DNA of 64,000 bases, taken from Oculina patagonica. Its lineage: Eukaryota. The stretch spans positions 46,252,001 through 46,316,000 of the forward strand of contig NC_135758.1 of assembly GCF_052425735.1 (NCBI RefSeq). The letters are read 5' to 3'. Positions within the stretch are counted from its first letter, which is position 1. Every line of letters begins with the position of its first letter. A program made the translations under genes and the position numbers. Shown in pieces: positions 12,830 through 26,780 of this stretch. The notes below the pieces were generated by a model. That model ran no database searches, was not told the DNA's origin, and saw only the letters and a program-made list of their open reading frames with translations.

Positions 12830-12925
12830 GCCGTTTATATGATATGTTGTTTGAGCTTGCTCTTTCAAAATTCTATTTCAGGAGCACGTTTATCGCCAAT
12901 CAAATATCTCTACATTTTCCAATTA
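12830..12925 (-). promoter_or_regulatory. Putative proximal promoter (TATA-like ATATAAA plus CCAAT block) shared by FReD copies
   Basis: Minus-strand ATATAAAC ~90 nt upstream of the ATG, and a conserved ccaatcaaatatctc block. Equivalent motifs lie upstream of copies 1 (2595-2695), 4 (25523-25625) and 5 (29840-29925). Confidence 0.45.
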
Positions 12926-15193
12926 ACGTGTCGAACATCACGAACAGCAAATGAATTCCCGTTAATACGAATGAGTTTATTTTATCAGCTTTATTAAAGC
13001 TTTTAAGAAAACCAAGCGCTTTTTATTATCGCATCACGGAATAGAAAAAAGGAGCAGCTGATGACTGAAAAGAGCCCAGTAATGCAGTCACAATCCATTT
13101 TAAATCCCACGGTTGTCCATAAAACAAGACACCTCACGTCGTTAAAGGTTGATGAGTTCGTTGTGCTCAGAATTCGGTTATTTTGTCAGCTTTGTAAATG
13201 CTTTTAAGAGAACCAAAGCCTTTAATTACGAAATAGAAAAAAGGGATGAAAGCTGACCTCTCAAAAACGACCGGTAATGTTATGGAAACCCAGGACAATA
13301 CCCACATTTAAAGATTATTGCACCCAGTTATTTTGCACAAATTTTTGTTCACAACGGAGTAAAAATTCATACGTTTTCTTTTAACTTATGTTTCTTCAAT
13401 TTTTTTTCATTTGTATAAAGTGTGACGGAAAAAAGCTTTTATCCTTCGATAAAAGATGTCATAAGTTTACGTTAGCTGATAAATTTATACGTAGCTGATA
13501 TTAAACGCGATCGATATCATTTTTAACGTATCCTCATGTATCACAAAGACTGAAAAATACCCTTTAATAACTTTATAAATTGTTTTAAGATAACATGGCT
13601 TTCGAGTATGGAATAGGAAAAAGAAGTGTTGTGGTAACGTGCAGCTTTATTTTTAAGGATACTCGCTATAATCAGACAACTAGTTATTTAGTTATTTTGC
13701 ACAAGCTTTTGATTCTTGCACACTAAAAAGTCAAACGTTTTCTTTTAACGGTTTTTGCGTGATGATTTTCTGCTATTCAAAATTGTCTTATATTTTATTA
13801 CCTGTATAAAAGTCTTAATTAAAAAAAAAACTTATTTCGGAATAGAAAAAAGTGTTAATTGATGTCTTCTTTAATTTCGCTCAATCTATAACCATGATAA
13901 TTCGCAGCTACATTAACTGAAGCTAAATTAATCGAGACAGTATTTCAAGCAGTTGCCGCAAAAAGCGTTGTTGTCAGAAGAAATCTGCAACACCTTTCGT
14001 GTCCCAGAGCTCCCTCGGTATAACAATGGAATTGTCCGCTAGTGAGTTTGTTCAGATCTCCTCCGTTAGTTTCCTATCACCATATTTTTCTTATAGTTAT
14101 AAAATAATGTTCTTTGAATTCAAAACGTCACTAAGCTCGAGGTGGTGAAAATAAACTTGTGCTTCTCGGCCAACTGCATATATTTCTTCGCTTGTGAAAG
14201 AGACTGCTGCATTCAGATTCAATAATACTTATTATAAGAAATTAACGCTCGTGTTAAATAAGGTATTTAAAATGACTGCGACTTAAATTTACGTGATTTG
14301 GAAGGAAAATTACTCCTGAATAAATGAAATTGACGCGAATGAGGAGATAGTTTTTTAGAATTAAGGATATTAAGGCGATTAACACTTGAAAGCACAGTTT
14401 GTGACAACAAATGAACAAATTTAAGTTCAACAAAATAATCATAAGAAGTTGATGTGTAAGATATCCAGCTGCCCTTCTGAAAACAGGCATGAAATGGAAA
14501 TATCGTAGACAATATACCCGTAAAATATGTCTGAACGGGATCCAGAATTTAGGGTAATAAATATTAACGAAAATTAATGTCGCGGAAATTAACGCCGGCA
14601 AAAATCTTGAACGTGACTTAAATTAATGCAAATTTTTAAAATCCGCGTTAATTTCATAGAGCGTTAATTTCTTGTGATAAGGTAACTTACTTTTTTTAAA
14701 ACCTTCCAAAACTTAGCGGTTTGCGATTTTTTCCCCTCAAATTGAAGAAAAGTGTAAAGGAAAACTGTGGACAAGTATTGCAGTTCCTTTTCAGCAGAAT
14801 AAAAGCCACCGACAGAATTAGAGAATATCGTTTTTCACTCTCCAAGATTGTGACCCCATGATCCGTTCTGATTTACAACGCTCTCGTTTAATGGTAGCTA
14901 CAATTACGTTAACGTGAATGTGAAGTCTAGAAGCTTGAATTGCAGCGTCAAAGCGTATTTTTTTTAAAAAAAGTCTTTGCTGTCAAAATGAAAATATTTC
15001 GAGATAAAAAAGGAATTTAAATGTTTGACTCTTTAGCATGCGCGGAATAACTACTTACATTCAAGGAATTGCCATTGTTTTCTTTGGAACTCACAATCGT
15101 ATGCGGGATCCTGTTTAAACTATGAAGGCTCAGTTTTAAGCGGCCGTAGCACGTTTGAGAGCTTCAGTTTTCACTCCAATGTAAAACAAATTT

Positions 15194-15391
15194 ACGACAT
15201 TGCTGCTCCTAGCATTATGCAGGACGTGCATATCAACCTACTGAATGGCCTAGCTCACAACGAGTCTCTCGTAGCTTTGTTGGTTAGAGCGCCATACCGG
15301 TAACTGGGATGCCATGGGTTTGATTCCCGTCGGGGACTCAGATTTTTTCTTTGTCCCATGCTCGTATCATGTTGAATACTTCATCTTTATT
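15194..15391 (+). mobile_element. Second, more decayed copy of the tRNA-like repeat
   Basis: High similarity to 445-598, including the 5' leader aaccta.t.aatggcc.agctcacaac and the 3' tail. Absent from the paralogous segment at 32220-32385. Confidence 0.8.
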
Positions 15392-18300
15392 ACGAAAATA
15401 GATTCACTATGAAACGAACAGAATTGACAAGTTTTCTAGAAATCAAATTCATTCAACACACGGAACACGTCGATCGCCAGATGTTGCCACTCCCGCTTCC
15501 CTCGACCCCGCGCTCGAAGTATTCTCATTTGGGCGGCTATTTCACTGGTTTGGTATATAGATATATAGCAAAGTAAGCTTTTTACTTCAGGTTGGATACA
15601 AATTGTTGTATACACACCACTTCGGCGAACAATTGTAAGTTAAGCCGATCCCATTTACAACCAACGCTTCAAATCTAGAATGTTTTCGAAAACTATTTAC
15701 TTTTTATTCCCAACTCGCGCTCGTAGCACAAGTTCTCGGTCGCATGTAAGAGCGTATGTAAAATGAGGTTTTTCGTGCTGTTGGATTGGAGTGATTTCAA
15801 GGGGAAATATAGCCATCGAAAGGATAAAGAGAAAGTTGTTTATCCGACTGTGATACGTTCTGTTCCGCAGCGATCGCGTTTAATGTCAGCTACGAAAACA
15901 TAGCTGATATTATCAGGCAGCTTATATTGCAGGGCCAAAGAGTGCTGTTTCACGAAGTCTTCACTATGGCAATGAAAAAAAAATTCAAGAGAAAAATCTA
16001 TGGTTATAAAATGTATCACTTTTAGTATGCACAAAAACGAGTGTAAGAGTACTAAATAAATGAGTACTGACTTTATTTGGACACGATAAATTGATCAGCA
16101 GAGCTGATGGGGCCGCCCAACTATAATTATATTGTAAATAAACTTAAACTTTAAATGTATGTACATGCTTCCAAGTCACCAAATCAGTTAGTAATTTTTT
16201 TCTAAAATTTTAACAAGATCATTTTTGTGTTTAGATATCTCCTCATTTCTAATTTACGTGCTGAACGTCACTTACAGCTTTCGTGATGTTTAGAATTCGT
16301 ATATTTTACCAGCTTTAAAATTGCTTTTAAGCCTTTGACTGTAGTATTCAGAATAGAAAAAAAGCATGCATTATTAATTAAAACACCCAATTAATGAAGT
16401 GATGTTGAGACAAACACAAAAAGCTCATAAGGTGTCTAAACAGACACAGTCATTAACAGCTGACGAGGTTGTGGTATTCAGTATTCAAAGCTTTTAATTA
16501 TATCATTACAGAATAGGAAAAAGCATCCTTTCATAACAGAAAAACGACCAATGCAGTCTATACACACGTCAAAACTCCTAAGTTAATTGTCTCAACAGAC
16601 AACTTACGACAAACAAACAGCCAAAAAGGTCGTGATGTTAAGAATTTGTTTATTTTAAAGCCAAGACGTTTGAGTATCCTATCGAGGAATAAGAAAGATG
16701 TAAGTTGATGTCTCAGAAAAACTCAGTTTTCTTAGGTCACCAACAGCAGATGATTTCATGATATTCAGTGTTCATTTATTTTATCAGCATTATTAATGCT
16801 TTTTACGAGAACCAGAGCCTTAACTTATCGTATACAAATGGAGCAAAAATAGTGTTTGAGGAGGGATTAATGCAGTAGAAATCGTGCAAGCAAGGACTAT
16901 AAGGAAACTTGCTTAACAGACACCTCGTTATTTTGCACATTTTTTGTTCCCTATATACTAAAAACTCACACATTTTATCTTAACGTATTTTTCTCCTGAA
17001 TAATCTTCATTTCAGGATTTTACGAAAAGCTATGCTTTGACGCTGCGCTGTAAGCATTAGATTTCACATTAAAGTTTACGTAGCTGACGTTAAGCGTGAT
17101 CGATGTAGATCAGAAACTTATCACAAAGACTGAAAAACAACTTTCTCTTCATCCTGTCGTCGGCTATGTTTTCCTTAAAAAATACTCCAATGCATGCACA
17201 GAAGTTGGTATATCTATTTTCTTTTCACGATATCACGAAAAAGATCAGTTAATATACGTTACTGCAGCAAGCGAGAACTCATGCCACAAGTACCAGCCCG
17301 AAAATAAGCAGCAACTAATTTTTGAAACATTCTCGATTTGAAACATCTCTTACCCCATTCTGTGGAATCATGTTTTCCAAAACAAAACACCGTTGTCCTT
17401 TAATCTTAAAAATTTGTAAACATCACGAAAAAAGATTTACTTAAGGACTTTACGTCCACGAAAGCGAACAGAAGTGACAAGTTTTCCTGAAATCGACTTA
17501 GTTTTTTAATATAGATCCATTCAGTAACATAACACGTCGATCGCCAGATGTTGCCATGCGATTTCCACGCTTTTTTCTGTCGCGGACACGAAGCATTCTG
17601 TTTTGACAAGGGGTTTTCGATTTTTCGTCTAAGAATAAAGCTATAATTTTAGGGCAAGCTATTTCTCTTGTTTGGCATATATCAAAACAATTTTTCACGT
17701 CAGTGTCGTTTAAAAGTGGTGAATATCCATCACTATTAACCTCCACTTCGGCGAACAATTGCAAGTTAAGTATCCGAGTTACCATCAACAATACTCGGTG
17801 AGTGTTCCAAATCTAGAATCTTTAAAAAATATTTACTTTTTATTTTTCGACTCGTGCTAGAAGCACGCGTTCTCGCTCGCATTTAGAAGCGTATTGTCCA
17901 ATTTTTCGTGATACAAGGAAAGAGCGGATTGGAGTAGTTTAAAGGAAAAATCTAGCCGTCGAAACGATGAAGAGAAAATTGATTTTTAGTCTCTATGAAA
18001 CGTTCTGATTTACAAGGATCATGTTTAATATCAACTACGCTAAATTATTATGTGTAAAATGCGAAATTATTTGAGATTTCAAACTAGATCATTTTTCGTG
18101 GGTCTAATCTCATTTTAGAAGCTGTTTTTCGCCAATCAAACACCTCCACATTTTTAATTACCGTGCCAAAAGCGAAGAACGAAATTGCCAGTATATTAAA
18201 ATAAAACGCTCATAAAACTTGCACTCGTTGTAGGTGACATTCTTGCCGCAATCGATCGATCTCGACTCTTCTTCTGTGCTGTAAAACGTTTTTCCACTTG

Positions 18301-19892
18301 TACACGAAAGGGACTTTCGTGACCCCATTTCATATTGCCAAATAAACTTTAAGTTCGTCTCTAGAGATAATGCTTTCATGGAAATTTCACTTTGCGGGTC
18401 GATATCTCAAGTGCAATGTTACACTGTCATAATTTTTTACAATCTTTAAGAATAGATCAAAGTTTTACGTTCACCAGACTTGAAATTTTATATTTTGAAT
18501 TTTTGATAAAAGTTCGATATCCGAACTCAATGGAACAAAATCAAACAATGAAATTTAATTTGACGTTCAATTTGGTTTGAAAATCGAACTTACGAAGACG
18601 TTGTCTTCGATTTCGTTCGATGACGGAATTAAAGAAAATTTAATAGAAGCGATTATGCAAGTTAAATGAAGCAGTTAGATAATAAATATTTTATTATAAC
18701 TTGCGGCGTTGTGTCGTTGAGTAGTTTTAATCGTTGTCTTTATTTTGACTCGCCCTGCGGGCTTCATTTCAGATTATAATTTACAAAGCGTTCCTTGCCG
18801 TTGCTACAACGGCGTAATCTTGTTTAATCCGTGTGACTGAAGAGATTAATTTACGTCGAACTATTCTGGTTTAAAGTTTCTCGGTACAGCTAGTGGAACC
18901 CCGCCCGATATAACGATCTTCGATATAACGATATTCCCGATATAACGATGATTATTAAATTTTCAGCCACGGATATTGCATTTCTAGCATTCTGATTGGT
19001 TCACTCAATCCCGGTTGTCAGCTCGTATACCTTAGTTTGACCTTATTTGGAAAATGATTGCGTTACTTTTGCCAAGCTAAAATTTTTCTACGGGAAGCGA
19101 CAGTTCCATCGGAAAAATGGTTGAAAAACAGCAAATTTGGCGAACTTTACGAACAAGAAATAATCAGCGGTGCCTACCACAACCACAGAAATTCCATAGT
19201 AAAATTAACTACGCAAAACAAAAGGATTGATGCGAAAAGTTTAATTAATAATACTTGTAAACACACAACAAGAGCGAGTCAATAGAAAAGCAGCAAATAA
19301 TTTACGAAAGAACGGCAAACTGACACAGTTTCATTCAGTGTACGTCATAAAACTAGGCTCAGCACTTCCGTAAAGTTTGTTACCTTTCAATCTTGGTTTT
19401 GTCCTTTTATACTTCAACAAACCTGTTCCACTTTAAGCTGAATTACGCTTCAAATAATATAGCAGTCTTGATGACAGCCGTGGAGCCGTAAAGAAGTACA
19501 ATGTAAACACTTGCTTCGTTCGACTTGCACAAGACTTGTAGTTTCCAGAAAAGCTTTTGCTTCGGATCTTCTCGTAAATCTTAACTGTTGTCACAATTTC
19601 CAGGATATTTAGACGACTTTAGAGGGGATTGTTCGAGGAAAATCTTGGAAAGAAAACTCTCTGGCTCGCTTTCCTCGTATGTTTCATTCAACTCAAGAAG
19701 TGAACACCGCGCCAGAAATTTTCGCGCCTCCTCATACTACCACTTCGTTTACATCAAAATGAAATGTCCAGTCGATTTAAACTTGAGAAGAATTTAATAA
19801 AACAATTATTCCATTCGAGTCGTTATAGCCAACTCGGCGCTTCGCGCCTCGTTGTTTTACCACCTCGTATCCAACGCGGGCTCATGGAATAA

Positions 19893-21310
19893 TAGACCAT
19901 TTGCATTATGACGTAAAAGCGCAAGGAATTCTGGTAGTTGTAGTTAGGTTCGCGGGAAATTTTGAATCGTCATCAAGCCCGCTTGCCCAAGAAAATCGTG
20001 ATGGAGGTAAAGAAAATTACTCTCACCGAAGAAGACGTCCCTGTGGCTTCATTTAAAGCGGAAAAAACAACCTCTCAGTATAAAACTAAGTCCGTTAAAA
20101 TGGCAAAAAGTTATGCAAGAAATTGTATGTTTGCTGGGTTGCGTTTTGTAGTGAAGTTTCAACGAGTGTTTCCTCCACTCGAGTCCGCGCGGTTATTTAA
20201 TTAAATTCCTAAAACTTTTGCTTGCCAGGTATTTTCAAATAATATACGAAGACGCAATATTTTACCCTTTCTAAACATGGGGAAGTACAGTACATGATGT
20301 CTACATTCGAGTCTCACAAGTAATCGTTCATCAACAAGCTTAAGATTATGGAAATAAAATTATATTTGCTCGCACGGCCCTCGCTCGGATTGAAACCACA
20401 ACTGCTACTCCACGAGTTGACATTTCCAGCACAAAAACAAGAAAACTTCTTTGGTAAAGAATATTGCAATTACAGTTCAAATTTGACGAAAACAGAAATA
20501 CAATTTAAAGATAAAAACAAATATTAAATATGGCATGTATTCACCTGCACAGGGTAGTTTGAAAATCCTTTATGATTGACCCTTCATGATTCATCGATGA
20601 TCGGATGAAGCTCGATTGAACGAGGAAAATTATTTGACTCTTTTCTCTGTCTCGCTGTAAAAATAAATTAAACTGATCGTCCCGCCGAGCAATCATGATA
20701 AATGGTAAATTTTCTATAAAGCTTTCTTAGTGAAGAATTATTAATTCACCTGCGATTGATGAAAGCGATCGTTTGTTGAACGTCTAAAACTAGATGATGG
20801 ACAAAGTCAATGGCTTGCCTTGCTTTCACTTGATTCCACACAAATTTAGTTATATCCTAGACTCATCCCGAGTTTCAAGCAATCTGTTTCCAGTGCGCGA
20901 TGCTTTGAAGCTGTGATATTAGGCTAAAATTGTTTACGGCCGCGATGAATGAATTTCTACCAAGTCAACTCCGCCACACAACGTACACTTACTTGAACAA
21001 GAACAACATTTGACTGTCTTGGTTAAAACACAGAACTCAGTAAATTTTCATTCCAAAGCTATCATCCTGTTTTCTATATTTTTTACAGGGAACTGAAAAA
21101 ATAAATGTATAAACAAATTTCGAAGCGACAAAGAGCGTAAACTTGGCACATCTTGGCAGCTCAACTTCAGATCAAAATAAAAGTCCTGGATGTCCACCTT
21201 CACGCTTGGCTGCCCTTAGCCAATCATAAGGCAGAAATGGTTTTTTCCCGCGAACTTAACTACAACTACCAGAAGTCTTTGCGCTTTTACGTCATAATGC
21301 AAATGGTCTA
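19893..21310. mobile_element. Non-autonomous TIR DNA transposon (~1.4 kb, ~68-bp TIRs, TAGACC...GGTCTA ends)
   Basis: tagaccatttgcattatgacgtaaaagcgcaa...cgcgggaaa and its reverse complement at 21244-21310. It interrupts ggaataa|ttgttaaata of a host repeat. Confidence 0.85.
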
Positions 21311-21879
21311 TTGTTAAATATTCTATGTCCCGGCAAAAGTTACAGTAAAATGTTTGGGACGGAACCCCGATATAACAATCTTCGATATAACGATATTCCC
21401 GATATAACGATGCGAATTTAGCAGACCGAACGTAAAATCTTTCCCGATATAACGATATTATCAGTACACAGTCACAAAACATCGAATTTAATACAATAAC
21501 ATTAGAGTAATCGAGTAATCTCTAACGTTTCTGTAAACAGACGGCACGATGATATACGAAATATCAGCGGGCATTACCCCGGAGAGAGTATGCTCGCAGG
21601 CTAGCATTTCGTGCGGTTTGAAGAACTTTCGGCTGATTTTTTTTAGGTCATGACAACGAATCTGCAAAATGACTGGCCTTCGATTAACGAGATTTTCAAG
21701 CCAATGAAGTGAATATGTCGATGAACTTTATTTTATATGTAAACCAGTTTAAACTAGTAAGCTAAGTTAGCGAACTGGACTTTCTTTCGAGTTACCGGTA
21801 AAACAAACTAAAGGGGAAAAACGAAGGAACTATCATTTCTTCGTTTTTATTTGCTTGCCTCACGACTGATTGGTTATAA

Positions 21880-23415
21880 AAGAGAACATGAAACGTTTTC
21901 TAACAAATAAGAGAAGAACACATCACGCTGTTTTCTTTGAACCGATTAGGAGCCAAACCAAGACCAGTTGCAGTTGGAACCGGCTGATTGGTTAGTTTGA
22001 TGATGCATGGGAAGGAGTAAACATTCTACGTGTTAGTTCGCAATGATTTTATTCCTAGACTCGACATATAAATTCTCCTTACTCTGGATTTCATTTATCC
22101 CTTTTTATAATAAAGTTTCGATATAACGCGCGCTCTGATTGGTCGAAAGAGCGTCCTTTATGAGAGTACAAAGAACGGTACTCACGCCATCATCCGCAAG
22201 GTCTGATTTTTGCTTCCGCATTTATCACGTGCTTGATTGAATATTTTGCCTTCTGAGAAAATTAAAGTTATGGCATTTTGAGACAGTTACACTGAACTTA
22301 AAGAAAAGATGATACATTCCATGAGCTACCTAGGTGAAAACTTTTCCATCTTATGGATTGCACTAGAAAACTACAATGAACTAAACAGTGCATTACAAAA
22401 TGCATGCGATAGCACTGTTTAAAAGTTTACAAAAACTTGACCTCTCGAATTTCTTACATTATGTCGCTTTCTCAAGCACGCTCGAAATTTTTGGTTGTTC
22501 ATAAAATGGAAAGTCCATAAAATTGTGCAGAATTACGGATTCTAACATTTTCTAGATTTAAAACATTGCCAAGAAAACTATGGCAAAAGCACCCTTTACT
22601 TATTTTGCGGAGGATAGATACTTCACTCCAGTGTGACATGCACCACGCGACACTGAATCTTCAAAAACTTAGAAGTCCTTTGGACGAATCTTCATCTCGG
22701 ACCTCTTGACAGATTCACTTTTATTTTTCCAGTGGTACCACGACATTCCTTTTGGGTCGGTTTTCCCATTGAGGTAGAATCCATTAAGGTTTGATTCATG
22801 ACAGCTATTGTACCACCAGCCGCCTTTATAGGCTGAGGCACAGTGCAATGACCACTGGTCATTATCGCGATCTTTGGTGCTAAATGATGATCCACGGTGA
22901 TAGGTGAGAGAATCGCCAGCGGTACCTGAAAAAAAACAACAATTCAAAATAAACATGTGTCAATACTTTTATCTTTGTTTATCTGTTTGACCAAGGAACT
23001 AATTTTTCCGAAACACCGTAACGCATAAATGGCATTTCTTCCAAGAAAGGTAATTGCCGAAAAAAAAAAAAAGCAAATATAATATTCAGATGTCACAATT
23101 AAATGTAGCACATTTCGCAGTGGCAAATTTCAACCATTCACAGAATTAATAAAATGAAACTTGTCAAAGGTAATGGCTCACCTGAATAACTTCCCAAACT
23201 CAACTGATATTTCGCTTTCTCACTCGCCACTGAAAATGAGCTGTACTCTGCAAATGCTGTGTTACCATGGATGTCTTCCAAGTCAACACGAAGCTTGTAA
23301 CTACTGCTTACAGTCAGGCGGTAAATCTTGTCGAGTCCGAGCCAAAACGTGCCGTTCAGATTGCCGAAGCCTCGTTTGTAGTCATCCCAAGCTCGAAAGA
23401 AATGTACAGAGCCAT
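21880..23415. repeat. Segmental duplication paralogous to 6358-7886
   Basis: Near-identical 3' flank, exon 3, intron 2 and part of exon 2 of copies 4 and 2. Confidence 0.9.
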
Positions 23416-25437
23416 CGCGTCTCTTCTGAAACACCGTCCATCCTCCACCGGCTGTTTTCTGATCACAGAAGACTTCAAATTCTCCCAAACCATCAGGATC
23501 GATTTTGTACACTCCACTGATCTTGCTACCAGACTGGTAAACTTCAGCACAGTTCTTGTTAACTGCAATTTGTACAGTTCAAGGAAGTCAGCATGCAATC
23601 CCTCCCTCTGAGACTTTGTTTTTACAACATATATTCGTTAAAAACTGCCTTAAAATACTTAAAAAGTTGACACTGGTTTAAAAAGAATGTTTCTGGGCGT
23701 TTTGGTTATATTACTTCTGTTACCTTCTTCAGCAAAATATGTAACTTGTAAAACGGCGTCCCTGGTGTTATAAAGAGAAAGACCCTTACGCACACTAAAA
23801 CACGGACGAGGAGCATTCCAAAGCCAACAATGGACAAAAATTACTTACTGGCCGAACACCATTTTCTTCACCATAGTTGATAGAGGGAAATGATTAGGAA
23901 GTCCGTTTCTCAATCGATACCAATCGATAGTATTTTAATTTTTTCTGTGAGTTTGATATCGATTGTTATGGATTAAAGATTTGAATCGATATCCATCGGT
24001 TGTTGATATCGATTGATATAGATTGATTTCCGATGTTGACCTTTATCGATTGACTACGCCTGGATTTATAAGTACCTTTAGAATTTTTAAAGGGGCATTG
24101 TCACCGAGATTTAGTGGCCTGGCCTTGTTTAAACGTAGTGCACTAGTGATGAAAATTGTTAAAAGTACATGGTGAGGCCGCAGACAGGTAAGAAGAAAGT
24201 GGCCTAAAACTTGGAAAGGTCCGGCCGACGTTTTTAAGTTTGACAGTGTTACTTGGAAGAAATTCACATAAAAACCATTGATTATGGTTTATTTACATCT
24301 TGAAGAATGAATTAAAGCCCTTCCTTTATTTCAGTGTAAAAGTTATTTTGTTGATCACTGAGTGTACCCTCACAGTTCTAGCATAGTTTTCACAAAAAAC
24401 TTAGAAAGAACTTAAGGCTTGTTAAAACGAGCAATTGTTATGTGACAATTTTTATTTCCTCGTGTATACGAGGAAAATTGGACAAACTTTTATGTGACGA
24501 ATATATTTGTTGAGAAGCTGGCGTGTAGTTTTCATGTGACAAATAAAAGTTGTCACATTAAAAAAAAAATGTTCGTGTAGACGACTCGTCGCATAAAATG
24601 TTGCAAAAATTGCGACAGCGTAATTATGCGGTCCCCAGTGTCCCAATCGCCACACTGGGCACTGCGCTCGCGTATCTCTGTGCGTATCTCATTACTGGCG
24701 CAGTTGAAAAATAATTGTTGTGCCATTTACACGATCAAATATATCTGTCACATAAAACTGCCTGTGTAAACCCGGCTTTAGAAGACTTCTCGTGACACAG
24801 TCACTTTAACAACGTGTCACCTGTTTCACGCTTTTGTTTAAAATCGTGATTTGAATTTCAACCCCCCATTTTGCTTAGAAGACCCACTGTCACCGTTTTC
24901 TGCATTTTTAGTTCTTTATTCTTATAACACCAGGGACGCCGTTTTACAATTTACATATTTTGCGGAAGAAGGTTACAGAAGTAACCGAGACGTCCAGAGA
25001 CTTTCTTTTTAAGCCAGTGTCAACTTTTTAAGTATTTTAACTCAGTTTTTAAAATATATTCTACTTAAAAACCATTCTACTGAACACCTAACTGAAGCAG
25101 TCTAAAACAACAGTATACACGCGACAAAACATTGCTAAAGTTTGACTCAGTTTTGTTACCGTGACAAACCTTTTCCAATCGGGCCGCCAGTTTGGTTTTC
25201 CTTCATTTCTCTTATTTCTTCTTTTAGATCGCCTAGTTGTTGTTTCACTTCAGAAAACATGCTCTCGATCTTCTGATAGTTTGGTCCGGTGTAGAAGCTG
25301 TTGTAATTATTGTTGACGTTACACTGCGAAGCTTTCGTCGTGCCGTTGTTATTTTTCGCGGGTTCCGTCGTCAGATTTGAGTTTGCAAGAGCCGCTGCAA
25401 AATAACCCAACAGAACAGCTTGAAAGAGATATTTCAT
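22669..25437 (-). CDS. Secreted FReD protein, copy 4; exons 25437-25170, 23562-23182, 22925-22669
   Basis: Signal peptide MKYLFQAVLLGYFAAALA. Same exon phases and exon 2/exon 3 sizes (381, 257 nt) as copies 3 and 5. Intron 1 is expanded to 1.6 kb by nested inverted-repeat elements. Confidence 0.92.
23638..25052. mobile_element. Element with ~135-bp inverted arms in intron 1 of copy 4, containing nested MITEs
   Basis: 23638-23773 is the reverse complement of 24922-25052. Internal TIR pairs at about 24087/24809 and 24413/24780, and an ATCGAT-rich repeat at 23912-24063. Confidence 0.75.
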
Positions 25438-26724
25438 CGCGCGATTCAATGGTTGTAAAATTTGTTATTATTGGGAATCAAAAGCTTCAAAGAACAAATG
25501 ACTCGACAATAGTCAAAAACCTGTTTATATGATGTGTTGCTGGAGCTTCCAAACAAGATTTTTCCCGCGTCTAGTTCTATTTTAGGAGCGTGTTTACATC
25601 AGTACACCAATCAAATATCTCCACATTGCTGCAGGACGTCACGGTAACTAGCTTTGTGATAGTCATAATTTGGTGTTTTTTTCTACAACTCTCACCCGTC
25701 TATGCTTGAGATGGCCAAAGAGTTTCGACATCGTTATACGGAACTTAATAAGCCAGCAGTCGAAACTCGTCATTTTATTTATTTTTTAACTGACACTCGG
25801 CTAAGACACTTTGTTGTTACGCAGTGTTCTCTGCATGCTCAAAGGCGATACATTTCCTTTCAAATAATACCTGCTTAACAAGTCCACTTTCTCTTGAAAT
25901 CTCAATATCAACAGTTGAAATACGAAAACGTTTTTGGCTGTAGCCAAAAAAAGCCGTCAATTCGTTTCAATTTGTGACTCTATCTGAGTACACTTCACGG
26001 CTTCTGACTTGAAGGAGTTCACATGTCTAGAAGGCACTATAATTAATACGGGTAGACAATAAACACAGATTTTCATTAAAAATCTCGATATGACGCTACC
26101 ATAAAAACGGCTGGGTTTCAAAAAGCAGTTTGCACTTTGAGTCTAGTGCGTATCGATAATTGGAATTTGAAAGATAATTCAATGCTCGCACAAATCGAAA
26201 TATTCACGACTTCCATCAACACTGCACCATACTAACACCTTGAATACGTGCGAACGATTAATTTCAAAAGGTAAAAACGGAAATAAATAATTTTTTAAAT
26301 GAATATCGCTTGAAACAATTGTTGGTGGTTACTAGAGCATACATCGAACGAGGCACTTTCGCTGAGAAATTAGCATAGCGATTGATTTTTTTCTTCTTCA
26401 ACGATTCAACCAACCAGGAATTGCTCAAAAACTTTTGTTCGCGCTACAAATGCTACAATTTATTACTTGAAGGCTGTAAAATGTGATAGCGTTTTTTCTT
26501 TTTTCAATTGACTTTTTGTGTTTCTCAAACATCTCTCATAGGTATATTTATTCAAACACAGACATACGATAGTTACTTTTGTTTCCTGTGTTGAAAACAC
26601 AGGAAACAATTTTATTATTTGTGGAATAAGAGATTACTGAATAATTAAATTTTATTGCAATAAATCAACTTGCAGATTCTGTTTTTATTTACAAATTAAA
26701 TGGAATTTAACTTAACTTGAGATA

Positions 26725-26780
26725 GGCTCACCCGGCAGTGAATATTTTCCCAAATTCAGTTGGCATTTCGCCCTCTGACT
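26725..26780 (-). pseudogene. Degenerate relic of the FReD exon 2 3' end and splice donor
   Basis: ggctcacc[cggcag]tgaatattttcccaaattcagttggcatttcgccctctgact versus ggctcacctgaataacttcccaaattcagctgatatttcgctctctcact at 11906-11955. Confidence 0.55.

Larger units (their letters stand above)
12350..18887. repeat. Segmental duplication (exon 1 and ~6 kb upstream of copy 3), paralogous to 29375-36295
   Basis: Collinear high similarity, e.g. 13890-14190 vs 30930-31250. Both copies end at ...acgtcgaactattctg...ctcggtac. Confidence 0.9.
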
